Positions 31,516 through 41,283 of a stretch of 64,000 nt of DNA are shown here, in pieces. The stretch lies in sequence record MT446386.1, one strand, 5' to 3'. The notes under the pieces are model-generated. The model had not been told where the DNA came from. It worked only from the letters and a program-made list of their open reading frames with translations, and ran no database searches. Origin of the DNA: Escherichia virus TH06. The stretch's first letter is position 1; every line of letters starts with the position of its first letter. The translations under genes were made by a program, and so were the position numbers.

Positions 31516-33057
31516 TTAGTAACTCTGATTCCATCTGCTTACGTTTGCCTCATACAGAGAAGCACTTCCGTAGCTAACGTCATGCTTAGAGCGACCACGA
31601 TGTGTAACAGAGCACGCTGAATAGCGCATTGCATCCATTAAGTCATCATGTTCTTTAATAATCTTACCAACCTTACGGTGATATCTAGCTTTCTCTTCGA
31701 ATAGCTTAGCATTAGCGGCTGTGTTAAAGATTTTAAAGCGTCCACTCATCATTCTTTCTCGGATATCTGTGATTCCCGGTTCTACAAAGAAGTTCTTTTT
31801 ACCATCCATTCCAATTTTGTTGTAGAAGGTCTCACTCTGTACGTTAACTCCTGCATTCTTATAGAATTGAGCAACAGATGAGCCACTACCTTTCTCAATA
31901 TTGTCCGCATCGTGCGGTAGGATGACAGGAATCCACTGACCACGACCATTAATAGCTGGAGCATGATACACTGGAGTAAAGCCACCTTCTTTATATGAGT
32001 CGTAAACATAGATAGTATCCGTGTTTGCATCGTAAGCTGTCCAAACAGCAGCAGTTGGGTGATCAATACCAATATCAATTGCACAGACACGTTTCCACGT
32101 ATCAGGAATTTCGAATGGTTCACATTTAATTGTGTCATCCGATACATCATAAATCAAACCACTTCCTAACAATGGCATACCTTTCGAACGCATCTCTAAC
32201 TGCCACGCTGGAATACCTTCAGTCATATCTTTTATATCTTGGTCAGTGATATGTCCACCTAGGTCTGCATGAGCATCCCACCAAGAAGCGTTCTGGAAAT
32301 ATAGAGAACCTGTGTTCTCATCCCCTTCACCTTTCATAAATTTATCTACCAGTTCAGTTAAACCGTTCTCTGGTGTAGCTGTAATTGTAACTAGACCTTT
32401 AGTTGTGAGTGTACGTGTGACGCACTGTGCGAATATAGCCATAGACTCGTATGGATCTTCTTCGTCTAACCAAATGTAGTCAACTGTTGCACCCATCAAT
32501 GTGTGTTCACCCTGTTGGGTTGAACGGAATTCTAATGTACTTAAACCGTCAAACTCCCCTCTCTCATTTTGATGTTTGATTTGTACGATTTGAAGTTTGT
32601 TACCATCTCGTTCTATCGTGTCAATGACGATAGCATCACGAGGAATGACACCTGTCCCCAATAAGTTTGTATCCTTTCCGATAGGTGTACCAAACAATTC
32701 CTTTTGCAATACTTTCCTTGTGGAATCCCCTGTAATACCAACTGCCCATGCTAAGATAGGTCTTTTAAATTTATATCCTGTCCACCAAGTTGGGTAGCGA
32801 CCTGTGACATGACAAGCAAACTCGTATGCCTCGCTATAAGATTTACCAACACGGTTCGCTGCACACAAGAATCTAAAGCGATGCTTCAATCCTGCTGCAT
32901 AAAATTTCTTTTGGAAGTCATACGCCTTGAAAGACAAAATCTTATTATACTTCCTCCATTGGTCACGCTCTTTCAACATATTCAATAGTGCTTTCTTTTC
33001 CTCTACACTAAGATTGTTACCAGTTAGAGCTTCATAAATTTGTTTATCTAATGACAT
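31516..33057 (-). CDS. terminase large subunit
   Basis: Walker A-like CAANRVGKS, Walker B-like WLDEEDP, C-terminal nuclease-like DIGIDHPTAAV. Confidence 0.75.
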   Translation of the reverse strand: MSLDKQIYEALTGNNLSVEEKKALLNMLKERDQWRKYNKILSFKAYDFQKKFYAAGLKHRFRFLCAANRVGKSYSEAYEFACHVTGRYPTWWTGYKFKRPILAWAVGITGDSTRKVLQKELFGTPIGKDTNLLGTGVIPRDAIVIDTIERDGNKLQIVQIKHQNERGEFDGLSTLEFRSTQQGEHTLMGATVDYIWLDEEDPYESMAIFAQCVTRTLTTKGLVTITATPENGLTELVDKFMKGEGDENTGSLYFQNASWWDAHADLGGHITDQDIKDMTEGIPAWQLEMRSKGMPLLGSGLIYDVSDDTIKCEPFEIPDTWKRVCAIDIGIDHPTAAVWTAYDANTDTIYVYDSYKEGGFTPVYHAPAINGRGQWIPVILPHDADNIEKGSGSSVAQFYKNAGVNVQSETFYNKIGMDGKKNFFVEPGITDIRERMMSGRFKIFNTAANAKLFEEKARYHRKVGKIIKEHDDLMDAMRYSACSVTHRGRSKHDVSYGSASLYEANVSRWNQSY

Positions 33058-33126
33058 ACTTCCTCCAATTTAAAAATAGAAAAGGGAAAGTCCCTTCGTC
33101 AAAGAACCTCCCCTTCTTTCCTTTAC

Positions 33127-33600
33127 TTAACTCTCGTCCGCTTCCTCCCCCTTTTCAGCGTCCTCAGAGTTGTCTTCTTCTGGAGGCATAACGTCGATAC
33201 CAAGTGCTCCAGTCAAGAAGTCCTTGATTTGTGCATTCAATGATTCTTCGTTGATTACATTCTCTTCCTCAATCTTAACTTCAACAGAGGCCGCCTTAGG
33301 ATATACCAGATCTGCAACTTTTGATGCAGCCTTGAATCTAAGATCAGGTGGAATATTAGGATCTTCGTAAATTTGAATTAACACTTCATCAGGAGACAAA
33401 TGACTTGCAGCAACACGGTCCAACATTAATTGTGTCAGTTTACCTCTACTACCTCTGGGTCGTCCGAATTTATTTCCCTTTTGAAACTTCCCATTGCTTG
33501 GATTCATACCACGGCCTTCAAGTTCTTCCGTTACTCCGGGTAATCTTCCTGTAATCTCAGCTACCTGTGCAGGCGTGAGTTCTCCGTTTTCTCCAAACAT
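33127..33600 (-). CDS. terminase small subunit (putative)
   Basis: Basic segment GNKFGRPRGSRGKLTQ and acidic C-terminus; directly upstream of large terminase. Confidence 0.45.
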   Translation of the reverse strand: MFGENGELTPAQVAEITGRLPGVTEELEGRGMNPSNGKFQKGNKFGRPRGSRGKLTQLMLDRVAASHLSPDEVLIQIYEDPNIPPDLRFKAASKVADLVYPKAASVEVKIEEENVINEESLNAQIKDFLTGALGIDVMPPEEDNSEDAEKGEEADES

Positions 33601-33656
33601 TTTATACTCCTTCTACATTATCAACAACACAAAAAGCCTCCCAACGGAGGCAAATA

Positions 33657-34289
33657 TTACTTACAATCACCAACGGACAGGTTAAACATCTTACCTAGAG
33701 CAATCGTCTCACCTTCCCACGGAAGTTCTGCACCCTTCTCTTCCTCTAAAAGAATAGAGCCGTCGACCAAAAATTTTTCGTAGTCTCGCAGTGCGTCGTC
33801 TACTAGCTCACTCTTGTGAATCCATGTAATTGTTTCTGTACCATCCTCTTCGATTCTAACATCACGATGCCATTCATCTTTGGAGGTAATATAATCATGG
33901 AGCATTTCGTATTCAGCTTCTTCAATCATCTCAATCATTGCACGAGCATAGTCAGGGAGGTGATCATGTTTAGTAGATTCGTATTCAACTACTTCCAGAG
34001 TAGAAGGCTTAGCCCGTGCAACTTCTTCAAGTACTTTTGAGCGATCTTTGTAGTAGTTCTCATATTTATCACCAATAGTACCGACTTGAAGTCCACGGTA
34101 TTGTTCTACTAAACTCATCATATCTTTCTTCTCCGTAATAGTTGGTTTAAGAATACTTCCACTATATAAATCTTGTACAGCCAATCCTGAAACATTTCCC
34201 ATAGTTTCTAAATGCTGTAAGCTACAACCAGATCGACATAGCTGTGAATTGTAATCGTTAAGGTCCATCGCTTGGATTAAATTATTCAT
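33657..34289 (-). CDS. hypothetical protein
   Basis: Start chosen at MNNLIQ with RBS AGGGAGA; track start 34364 would overlap the upstream gene. Confidence 0.4.
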   Translation of the reverse strand: MNNLIQAMDLNDYNSQLCRSGCSLQHLETMGNVSGLAVQDLYSGSILKPTITEKKDMMSLVEQYRGLQVGTIGDKYENYYKDRSKVLEEVARAKPSTLEVVEYESTKHDHLPDYARAMIEMIEEAEYEMLHDYITSKDEWHRDVRIEEDGTETITWIHKSELVDDALRDYEKFLVDGSILLEEEKGAELPWEGETIALGKMFNLSVGDCK

Positions 34290-34536
34290 TTGTATCTCCC
34301 TTGCTGTAATCTTTGTATGTTTCTTTTCTGTAAGTGCGGAATGCTCTGAAGAAGAGCCAACCAAAACTACTTACATCAATTGTAATATCGAAATCTGTTT
34401 CATCATCTAAATCAACAAGACGGCCTAAGCAAGTAGCTTCCATCCCTTCTTCAGAGTCACTGTTGACCACGAAAGCGTATGTCTCCGTTCTGAACCGAGG
34501 CACCATCTCTGATAAAAAGTCTAGTACTAAATTCAT
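34282..34536 (-). CDS. hypothetical acidic protein (84 aa)
   Basis: ATG preceded by GAGGAGAAG. Confidence 0.4.
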   Translation of the reverse strand: MNLVLDFLSEMVPRFRTETYAFVVNSDSEEGMEATCLGRLVDLDDETDFDITIDVSSFGWLFFRAFRTYRKETYKDYSKGDTNE

Positions 34537-34768
34537 AATTCTTCTCCTCTGAATAAGAGTATAAAGGGCACATCATAAGACCTACCCGTAAAGGCCACCT
34601 CACATTAACACCCGTGAGAATACCTGTATTCATTTTCGTAGTCTTCTTCAGAGAAGCTACCGTATTCATCTTCTGTCATACATCCCTCTGATAAAGTTAA
34701 GACATAAAGGGGACGTCATCTTTGATGACTACTTCACATTAAGGCACCCCCATAAAGGCCATGTCACG

Positions 34769-34933
34769 TTAAGGCCTATCCATCCATGTGCTGTGTTTAA
34801 GCTTACCACATTTACTACATCTCCAAGTGGACTTATAAAGGGTGTGAACTCTTTCATCCCCGTAAGCTTTGCGTATCCGATAGTACTCATGATCACATTT
34901 GAATTGCTTAATGATTAACTTAATTTTCCACAT
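34769..34933 (-). CDS. small Cys-containing protein (54 aa), first ORF of the late operon
   Basis: Hand-translated MWKIKLIIKQFKCDHEYY...WRCSKCGKLKH; below the track cutoff. Confidence 0.3.
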   Translation of the reverse strand: MWKIKLIIKQFKCDHEYYRIRKAYGDERVHTLYKSTWRCSKCGKLKHSTWMDRP

Positions 34934-35658
34934 AAGTTCTCTTTCAACCTTATATATAAGAGTTTAAAATTCTGATTTGACTGAGTAGGGCTAGCCGCTT
35001 CCCGCGCGTTTCCTAAAAGGGGGGAGTCCTCATTTAAAAAAGGGTTATTGGCAATGCCTTTACCTTCCTTTTCAACGTTCCACTTTTCCCCGTGCCTACT
35101 CCCCGTTATTCTTTCCCCGTGTATACCATCCTATTCATTAGCTACCCGTTTATTTAGTACCCCTTTAAAGAGTGAGAGAAAGGCTATACTCTGATAACGG
35201 TCTGTTAAGGCGTGATAATAACAGGTCTAATAATACCCCTAGTTACTACCCCATTCCCCCATAGTTACGTTGATAATAGTTTCAATAGTAATGATTATGA
35301 GTGCAATAATGATATATGTATTAATTAAGTGGATGATTGTGTTTCTTTTATTCTTTTCTTTTTCAGCGTGCCTTTGTGAGCGTAGCGAACGTCTTTGATG
35401 TTTGAGTTATACAATTATTTAAGTGGTATATTATTACCGCACTATCTTGCTATGTTTCCCCGTGGTCTGTTCTGCGGTTGTGTGTTCCCCGTTTGCCCTG
35501 GTCTGTTGGTCTGCTACCCGTAGCACCAGCGTAACACCCGTAGGATTAGTGTTATAAAGTAACAATAGCTAGTAAGCTGATTCTCTGAGTATGGAAAGTT
35601 TAGTAAATTAAATTCCTTTAGTTTTCAGTGAGTTATAAGAAAGTTAGAAAATAAATGG

Positions 35659-35686
35659 TTGACAGGTTTTTCCTTTATTATATAGT
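35659..35686 (+). promoter_or_regulatory. sigma70-type early promoter
   Basis: TTGACA, 16 nt spacer, TATAGT; A-rich upstream; about 45 nt before the ATG at 35731. Confidence 0.5.
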
Positions 35687-35730
35687 TGCGATTGTAATTT
35701 GTAGTTTTCATCAACCATAAGGAATATCAA

Positions 35731-36603
35731 ATGTCTAAAGTAGCAATTAACCACTTGAACAAAGCAAACGAAAGTCTTTCCTCTTTAGGCTTAACTGTTG
35801 GTAGTCCTGATGCGTGGATGGAAAACGAAAGCGCACGTAAAGGATTCAAAAACTCTGTAATGCTGGCTTGCTTGATCATTAATTCTACTGCGAACGCTTT
35901 ACAGTGTGAAGATGAAAGCACGTTCAAAGAGAACGGTTTTACCGATATGCAGGACGCTATCAATTGTTACATTCAAGCGAATTTGGATAGCTGGAATCAG
36001 AAAGATTGGCCTGAGTCATGCCGTGATGTGAAAGCTGAATTATCCCGCTTGTCTGTCATGGTTGAAGCATGGAACAAGAAAAACAAGAAACAGCCAATCA
36101 AGCCTACTGTTGCAAGTAAGATTATGAAGTCTGTTAATCTGGCAAGTTATGCACTGGTTGCAGCTATCGGTGTTAGTGCACTGGTCACATCTCTTTCTGA
36201 TAAGGCTATCGCTAGTCCTGCTCCTGCAACTGATGCGGCTAGTGTCTTCTCTAGTTCCATCAATAAGGGTTGGATGATTTGCAACGGTGCGGATAGTGAC
36301 AGCAATAATATCGTGCTAAAGATGAAATTTAGCAACGTAACAAATGATGGCGTTCTCTTTCAATCTAAAACGTTAGATAATCAGCCTAACAGTGATCTAG
36401 TTCTCAAGCGTACTGATAACGATGCGGATATGGTGACATTTGGCACTGTACAACGTTACGAAGACGTTAAAGCTGTAACCAACCTAGTGAGCTATGGCCC
36501 GATCAATGAGTCGATGATTGCTACAACTGTTTACAATAACGCTGATAACGCTGTTTATACCGTTCACGTTAATTTAGCCAACTGTATTAAGGCTAGTAAG
36601 TAA
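35731..36603 (+). CDS. early membrane-associated protein
   Basis: RBS AAGGAA; central hydrophobic helix VNLASYALVAAIGVSALVTSL. Confidence 0.5.
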   Translation: MSKVAINHLNKANESLSSLGLTVGSPDAWMENESARKGFKNSVMLACLIINSTANALQCEDESTFKENGFTDMQDAINCYIQANLDSWNQKDWPESCRDVKAELSRLSVMVEAWNKKNKKQPIKPTVASKIMKSVNLASYALVAAIGVSALVTSLSDKAIASPAPATDAASVFSSSINKGWMICNGADSDSNNIVLKMKFSNVTNDGVLFQSKTLDNQPNSDLVLKRTDNDADMVTFGTVQRYEDVKAVTNLVSYGPINESMIATTVYNNADNAVYTVHVNLANCIKASK

Positions 36604-36628
36604 ATAACCTATTTTCAGGAGTGTAAAA

Positions 36629-36892
36629 ATGGCTATCAAAGAAGTTAGATTATCTAATGGCTATTCTGTTTTTGTTGGCGATACCGCTATCACGTTTAAT
36701 CTGCGTCATGGTCAGTTAACGTTGCCTGTTGTTACTTTCTGCGTTATGGATTTTAAACAGGCTAAAAATTGGCTATCTGCTATCGGCGTTGAAATTAACC
36801 GTGATGATTTTCGTTCTATATATTTTGACGGTGGCTTGTCACTGGCTAACCTGCTCAATCATGGCCTTGTTGGAGGTGGCACTAATGGGTAA
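36629..36892 (+). CDS. hypothetical protein
   Basis: ORF with RBS GGAG upstream. Confidence 0.45.
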   Translation: MAIKEVRLSNGYSVFVGDTAITFNLRHGQLTLPVVTFCVMDFKQAKNWLSAIGVEINRDDFRSIYFDGGLSLANLLNHGLVGGGTNG

Positions 36893-37139
36893 TGAAACAA
36901 TCGCACTGATTGACACGCACAATTACGGTGGCGTTACGCTCTCCTTTGATGAGTCAATCGACTACACTTATTTGTCCTTTCTAACTAAGGGTGAAATAAA
37001 AACTATTAGCTTTCCTGCGGTCTATTTAGTACAGGATTATCTCACTATTGGGAAGTATTTAGCCCAACGCGGGATTCTTCTGTCGCTGGAAGAAGTGGAA
37101 CAGGTTAGCGTAGCATTTTTTGGCGAGGATAGCAACTAG
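36889..37139 (+). CDS. hypothetical protein
   Basis: ATG at 36889 overlapping the upstream stop. Confidence 0.4.
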
Positions 37140-37243
37140 TGATTCATGATTATTTTTGGCGTTGCTTGTTCGTTGTTACAGTGGCGTTATTCGTCGCTGA
37201 TATGCTTTATTCTTATATTCTCTAACTATAGGTGATTATTATC

Positions 37244-37609
37244 ATGGGTATTATCAAATTTGTAGTAAAAGTATTCGTGGGCTTCTTCCTTGTCGTTCTC
37301 CTGCTGGGTGTGCTCCTATCGGCTATGGGTAGCGTTAAGGCTGCAACATTCTCCCCTGCTACGGTTGACGGCTTGCAATGTACTTATCTTGTAGAAAACT
37401 ATGAAACCGGTAAAAAGTCACCTAAAGTTATTATTTTGCATGTAAATGATTTCGATCATGTGCAATCATATGATAAAACTGTTCAACTGGTAAATGAAAC
37501 AACCGGTAAACAAGTCATGATTGATCACTTGATGCGCTCATCGTTAACGCTCTTTGATGAGTCCATGAATGAAATTGAATCCGGTAACGGTCAATGTGTA
37601 AATCCATAG
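37244..37609 (+). CDS. secreted/membrane protein
   Basis: RBS AGGTGA 9 nt upstream; N-terminal signal-like hydrophobic region. Confidence 0.45.
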   Translation: MGIIKFVVKVFVGFFLVVLLLGVLLSAMGSVKAATFSPATVDGLQCTYLVENYETGKKSPKVIILHVNDFDHVQSYDKTVQLVNETTGKQVMIDHLMRSSLTLFDESMNEIESGNGQCVNP

Positions 37610-37685
37610 GGTTACTATTTCTGCTTTATTGTGCCGTGGTCATGCCTATGGTCATAATTTATCTGATACTTTAAAACCTTCCTAT

Positions 37686-37709
37686 AAGCCTCGCTATGAG
37701 GCTTTTTTC
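37686..37709 (+). terminator. intrinsic terminator
   Basis: AAGCCTC-GCTAT-GAGGCTT followed by TTTTTT. Confidence 0.65.
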
Positions 37710-37913
37710 ATTTCTAGGGTGATTGTATGGCTTACTCCCTTTTAGCTCGCTACAGTGCGTTTCAGGCCGCTTATTATTGCTTTACAAGCCGTTTTCTATG
37801 ATGTATCACGCGCCCCCGCTCTTTTACCTCCTGATTTCTTCCGGTGTCCTACCGACAATAAAATAAATTCCTTTATAAAACAGTGAGATGAAAAATAATT
37901 TGAAAAAAGGGTA

Positions 37914-37941
37914 TTGACATGATTTTCCTTTATAGTAATAT
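37914..37941 (+). promoter_or_regulatory. sigma70-type promoter with A-tract UP-like element
   Basis: AAAAAAGGGTA TTGACA, 16 nt spacer, TAATAT; spacer resembles that of the 35659 promoter. Confidence 0.5.
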
Positions 37942-38070
37942 GAATCCCGTAGTAAGCAGTAAGTAACAACAAGTAGTAAAAACTCCTCGATAGGTGATTA
38001 GCATCACGGTAAAAGGCTTCAACGGGGAGCGGTAGGAATACCGACAGTAAGACGCACAATGAAGGTGCTA

Positions 38071-38084
38071 CGCTCTTTAAAAAT
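38071..38084 (+). repeat. copy 1 of CGCTCTTTAAAAAT motif
   Basis: Exact 14-mer. Confidence 0.6.
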
Positions 38085-38119
38085 CAGGCTAGAAAGTGAA
38101 AATATTCTTAAAAAGAGTA

Positions 38120-38148
38120 TTGACACCAGAAAAAGCCTGATACATAAT
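38120..38148 (+). promoter_or_regulatory. sigma70-type promoter
   Basis: AAAAAGAGTA TTGACA, 17 nt spacer, CATAAT; downstream GAGCACTCA nearly identical to the 38608 promoter. Confidence 0.55.
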
Positions 38149-38179
38149 GAGCACTCATTCAGCGATGAATCAAAACATC

Positions 38180-38194
38180 CCGCTCTTTAAAAAT
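38180..38194 (+). repeat. copy 2 of CCGCTCTTTAAAAAT motif
   Basis: Exact 15-mer followed by ATGA. Confidence 0.6.
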
Positions 38195-38449
38195 ATGATT
38201 TGTCTTACAGGTGGCGGTAACGTCATTACTATAAGGCGCTTAGTTGATCGCTAGAATTGATTCCTGATTCATACGTGAATAGGCGGACGAAGAGCAACAA
38301 AATAAGCCTCATTTGTTCGATACTTTCAAATGGTCGATGCTTGAAAGCGCACTAGATTCCTAAAAGACAAATCAGACTTATCATCTTGCCCTTTCGCAAA
38401 GATTCAAGCGAGATAAGGGAACGGAATAAAAGAAGATGATAAAAAGAGT

Positions 38450-38477
38450 TTGACAAGCTAACACGATGTGTTAAGCT
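38450..38477 (+). promoter_or_regulatory. sigma70-type promoter (weaker -10)
   Basis: AAAAAGAGT TTGACA, 16 nt spacer, TGnTAAGCT extended -10. Confidence 0.4.
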
Positions 38478-38489
38478 GTAAATGCTCCA

Positions 38490-38504
38490 CCGCTCTTTAA
38501 AAAT
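38490..38504 (+). repeat. copy 3 of CCGCTCTTTAAAAAT motif
   Basis: Exact 15-mer followed by ATGA. Confidence 0.6.
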
Positions 38505-38607
38505 ATGAATCATAAGTTTAAGCCTCACCGCTTAATCCTCAATCAAATAAAGCTGATTGATATATCCTCCCAATAGCGGGAACGACGAAAAAAGATTAAA
38601 AAAGTGG

Positions 38608-38636
38608 TTGACAGCGAAAACAACATGATTCATAAT
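38608..38636 (+). promoter_or_regulatory. sigma70-type promoter
   Basis: AAAAAAGTGG TTGACA, 17 nt spacer, CATAAT. Confidence 0.55.
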
Positions 38637-38725
38637 GAGCACTCACTAAGCAAATCACCGCTTCAGTGAAAAGCGCAACAACGGCTAACAGTTGCATAGC
38701 GTGAGAAAGCACGCTGATAGGTTTA

Positions 38726-38740
38726 CCGCTCTTTAATAAT
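38726..38740 (+). repeat. copy 4 (variant) CCGCTCTTTAATAAT
   Basis: One mismatch relative to the other copies. Confidence 0.5.
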
Positions 38741-39557
38741 TTAAACATTCTCCTATATCGGTTGAATATGCTTGATGATAATAACCATCGGAAAGCATAC
38801 CAGATAAAACGGTGTAAGATTCTCTAAACTATCAGAGAAAACAATCTTACAATCCCTTGCTGGAAACGTCACCACTGATAAACGGATTCATTGAGTGTAC
38901 GCAAAGACTTAAGCTAATCGCCCACGGTTAAGGGTAGCGGCGGTCATCGCTAACAAGGCGCTACAGTGAAAGAAGTTAATCAGGGTAGGCAAGCCCGAAG
39001 AATTAACGCTCAATTGAGAGCGGCGGGGAGTGGTTAAAAAGTGGCAAATTGCTATTTAACAATAAGGTTTAGTGTGAACGTTTACGATGTGAATGATTTG
39101 AGGCCACTATCGATGGCGTACATAGTCAGTTTATGTAGTAAACTTGCCGAAAGATATAAAACGTCAGAACATTAGACGGTCAATGACTCTTTCACAATAG
39201 CATCCCGTTGTGGGCGATGGCTAGTGATTGAGAGTTGATACAAAAGGATAGGCGAGAGCGAAAGCAAAGTAGACGATATTGCCGACGGTTACAATAAACG
39301 TAACTAATTAGAGTCGGACGCACTGCCTTATTGTGATGATTGATCATCGCTATCAGGTCGGCTTCGTTTATAGCGACTAATTAAAGATACCAGATGAAAC
39401 ATCACGGATAAGGGGGCGGCAAGGTTAACTCCTGATAAGACCGCCCCGCTTATCAATAATTACTTAACAATGAGTGGTTATTGATAAGTTAATAGTGACT
39501 TAAACAAGCTCATAGAGAGCGGGGCAATAGCGCCCTTACAATTGAAAGGTGAATATC

Positions 39558-40457
39558 ATGGCTAAAGTTTTTACTCTGGTTAACGAATCTGGTTTTAATG
39601 CACTGGCTAACAACATTCGTAGCAATAACGCGGCGATCAAACAAGATGTCTCTAACTTCCTGTTAGGGCACTTACAGCACTTCCGCAGTAACGGTAAAAA
39701 GCTGGACGTATTGCAGACGGCGGTTGACTTCTTGTTAACTGAACGTTTTCGTGATATGGATGTGATTGCCACTGCAATTACTTTCTTAACTCCTATCAAG
39801 TTTAACACTGATGCGGCAAATGGTCGTAAAAAGTGGATTAATCTGGAAGGTGAGGCGAAAGCTAAAGAAGACGCGAAAGAAGCGCAAATTAAAACCAAAA
39901 TGGAACAAAACCGCGCTCGCTGGTCAAACGCTTTCGAAAACTTTGCTTTAGGCCGTGAAATTGAAGTCGATAACCCTAACTTTTACAAGGGTTGCAATGA
40001 CAATGTGGCGGCACACCTGCAAATCCCGGCGAAAAACAAGGAAGACTTTAACCAAGATATTTACGCTTTGGTTGAACGCTTGAATGCAATCCGTATTGAA
40101 GCCAAATTACTGGCTGATGAGCGCAACGGTGCAACTAGTGATAACACTATCGCCCTGAGTGAAGAAGTAGGAAAGGTTAAGAAATCTTTTGATTCACTCA
40201 TCAAGAAAGTCACGGCCTCAACGGTAGCGATCTCTGATAACTACCTGATGAACGCATCAAGCAAGGAATTAGAATCACTCGATTCATACGCTGATGAAAT
40301 GGAAAAGACTGTTGCAGCTATGCAGGAGAAGTTAGAAAGTCTGCGCGGTCGTATCTCTTCAACGGTTGCTACCCGTACCGAACAAGCTGCGAAAGCAGAA
40401 GAGGAAGAAGTATTGCGTAAAGCGGCTGAAATTATGGCGGCACGTCAAGCGGCATAA
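39558..40457 (+). CDS. hypothetical coiled-coil protein
   Basis: RBS AAAGGTGA 7 nt before the ATG; track start 39549 is GTG. Confidence 0.5.
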   Translation: MAKVFTLVNESGFNALANNIRSNNAAIKQDVSNFLLGHLQHFRSNGKKLDVLQTAVDFLLTERFRDMDVIATAITFLTPIKFNTDAANGRKKWINLEGEAKAKEDAKEAQIKTKMEQNRARWSNAFENFALGREIEVDNPNFYKGCNDNVAAHLQIPAKNKEDFNQDIYALVERLNAIRIEAKLLADERNGATSDNTIALSEEVGKVKKSFDSLIKKVTASTVAISDNYLMNASSKELESLDSYADEMEKTVAAMQEKLESLRGRISSTVATRTEQAAKAEEEEVLRKAAEIMAARQAA

Positions 40458-40481
40458 GTAAGACAGTTTAAATAAACATAA

Positions 40482-40514
40482 GGTGCTATCTTAACGGGTA
40501 GCGCCTTTTCTTTT
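40482..40514 (+). terminator. intrinsic terminator
   Basis: GGTGCTA...TAGCGCC hairpin with one G-U pair followed by TTTTCTTTT. Confidence 0.5.
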
Positions 40515-40568
40515 ATCAGTGCATTGATTCAGTGCATTAATCAAAGAATTTAATCAAAGGTGATGATC

Positions 40569-40787
40569 ATGTTAATTACGCATACCACGATTTATAGGAA
40601 TCTTGTCAACGGTCAACATTACCGCCTATCTAAAAAGTATGGCGTTGAATGTAAATGTGTTATTACCGGTGAATGGTATCCGTCACCAATGAAGATTGAA
40701 ACGTTGGAACGTGAAGCGATCAGCTATATTATCACGCAAGAAACAACGTTAGGCCGTATCTTAAGAAAGTTGGGATTGAGAAAATGA
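40569..40787 (+). CDS. hypothetical protein
   Basis: ATG with AAAGG RBS; track start is GTG at 40560. Confidence 0.4.
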   Translation: MLITHTTIYRNLVNGQHYRLSKKYGVECKCVITGEWYPSPMKIETLEREAISYIITQETTLGRILRKLGLRK

Positions 40788-41008
40788 TATTCAGTAGCAA
40801 TTTTGGCAAGTGTCCTATTTGTGAGAAACATCGCAGCACGGGAAACCATCGCAAATGTAGTAAGATATTACAGCGCCAACGTGATAACAACCATTGGGAT
40901 ACTGTACACGCTAATCAGCGTAAAGAAGAAGTTAAAGAAATGGCTGTTAAAGCATCCTTTGCCCAATCCACCCGTATTGAACACATCCAAAGGTATCAAG
41001 CATTATGA
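40784..41008 (+). CDS. small Cys-containing (zinc-ribbon-like) protein
   Basis: CPICEKH ... HRKCSK; ATGA overlap with upstream stop. Confidence 0.4.
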   Translation: MIFSSNFGKCPICEKHRSTGNHRKCSKILQRQRDNNHWDTVHANQRKEEVKEMAVKASFAQSTRIEHIQRYQAL

Positions 41009-41214
41009 TCACTAATATTTCAGAGTTTAAGAAAGCGCCTTCTCGTCTGTTAGGTCGTCGTGTTGTGTATCTTTATAGCAATAAAGGTAAAGCTACAACT
41101 GGACGAATTACAACAGTAAGTAGTGTTACTAAAGGTTTGCTCAAGTTATGTGTAGATATGGACGATGGTACAATCCTGCTACGCAGTTGGAAGTCGTTTA
41201 GTTTACTTGATTAA
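41005..41214 (+). CDS. hypothetical protein
   Basis: ATGA overlap; weak similarity to the small paralog family. Confidence 0.35.
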   Translation: MITNISEFKKAPSRLLGRRVVYLYSNKGKATTGRITTVSSVTKGLLKLCVDMDDGTILLRSWKSFSLLD

Positions 41215-41283
41215 GTTGTTTGTTCAAGCCTATCACCTTGATGGGCTTGCCCGATATAACTTATCACTAAAAGGAATAAGATT

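Noticed and set aside
37796-38059. Minus-strand 87 aa ORF overlapping the promoter cluster
   Set aside because: Runs antisense through the A-tract and TTGACA elements, has no RBS and has odd composition; likely non-coding.
38071-38740. Repeated CCGCTCTTTAAAAAT motif as a possible CRISPR array
   Set aside because: Only four copies, spacing irregular (about 110, 310 and 235 bp), repeat AT-rich and 14 to 15 nt, no cas genes; not CRISPR-like.
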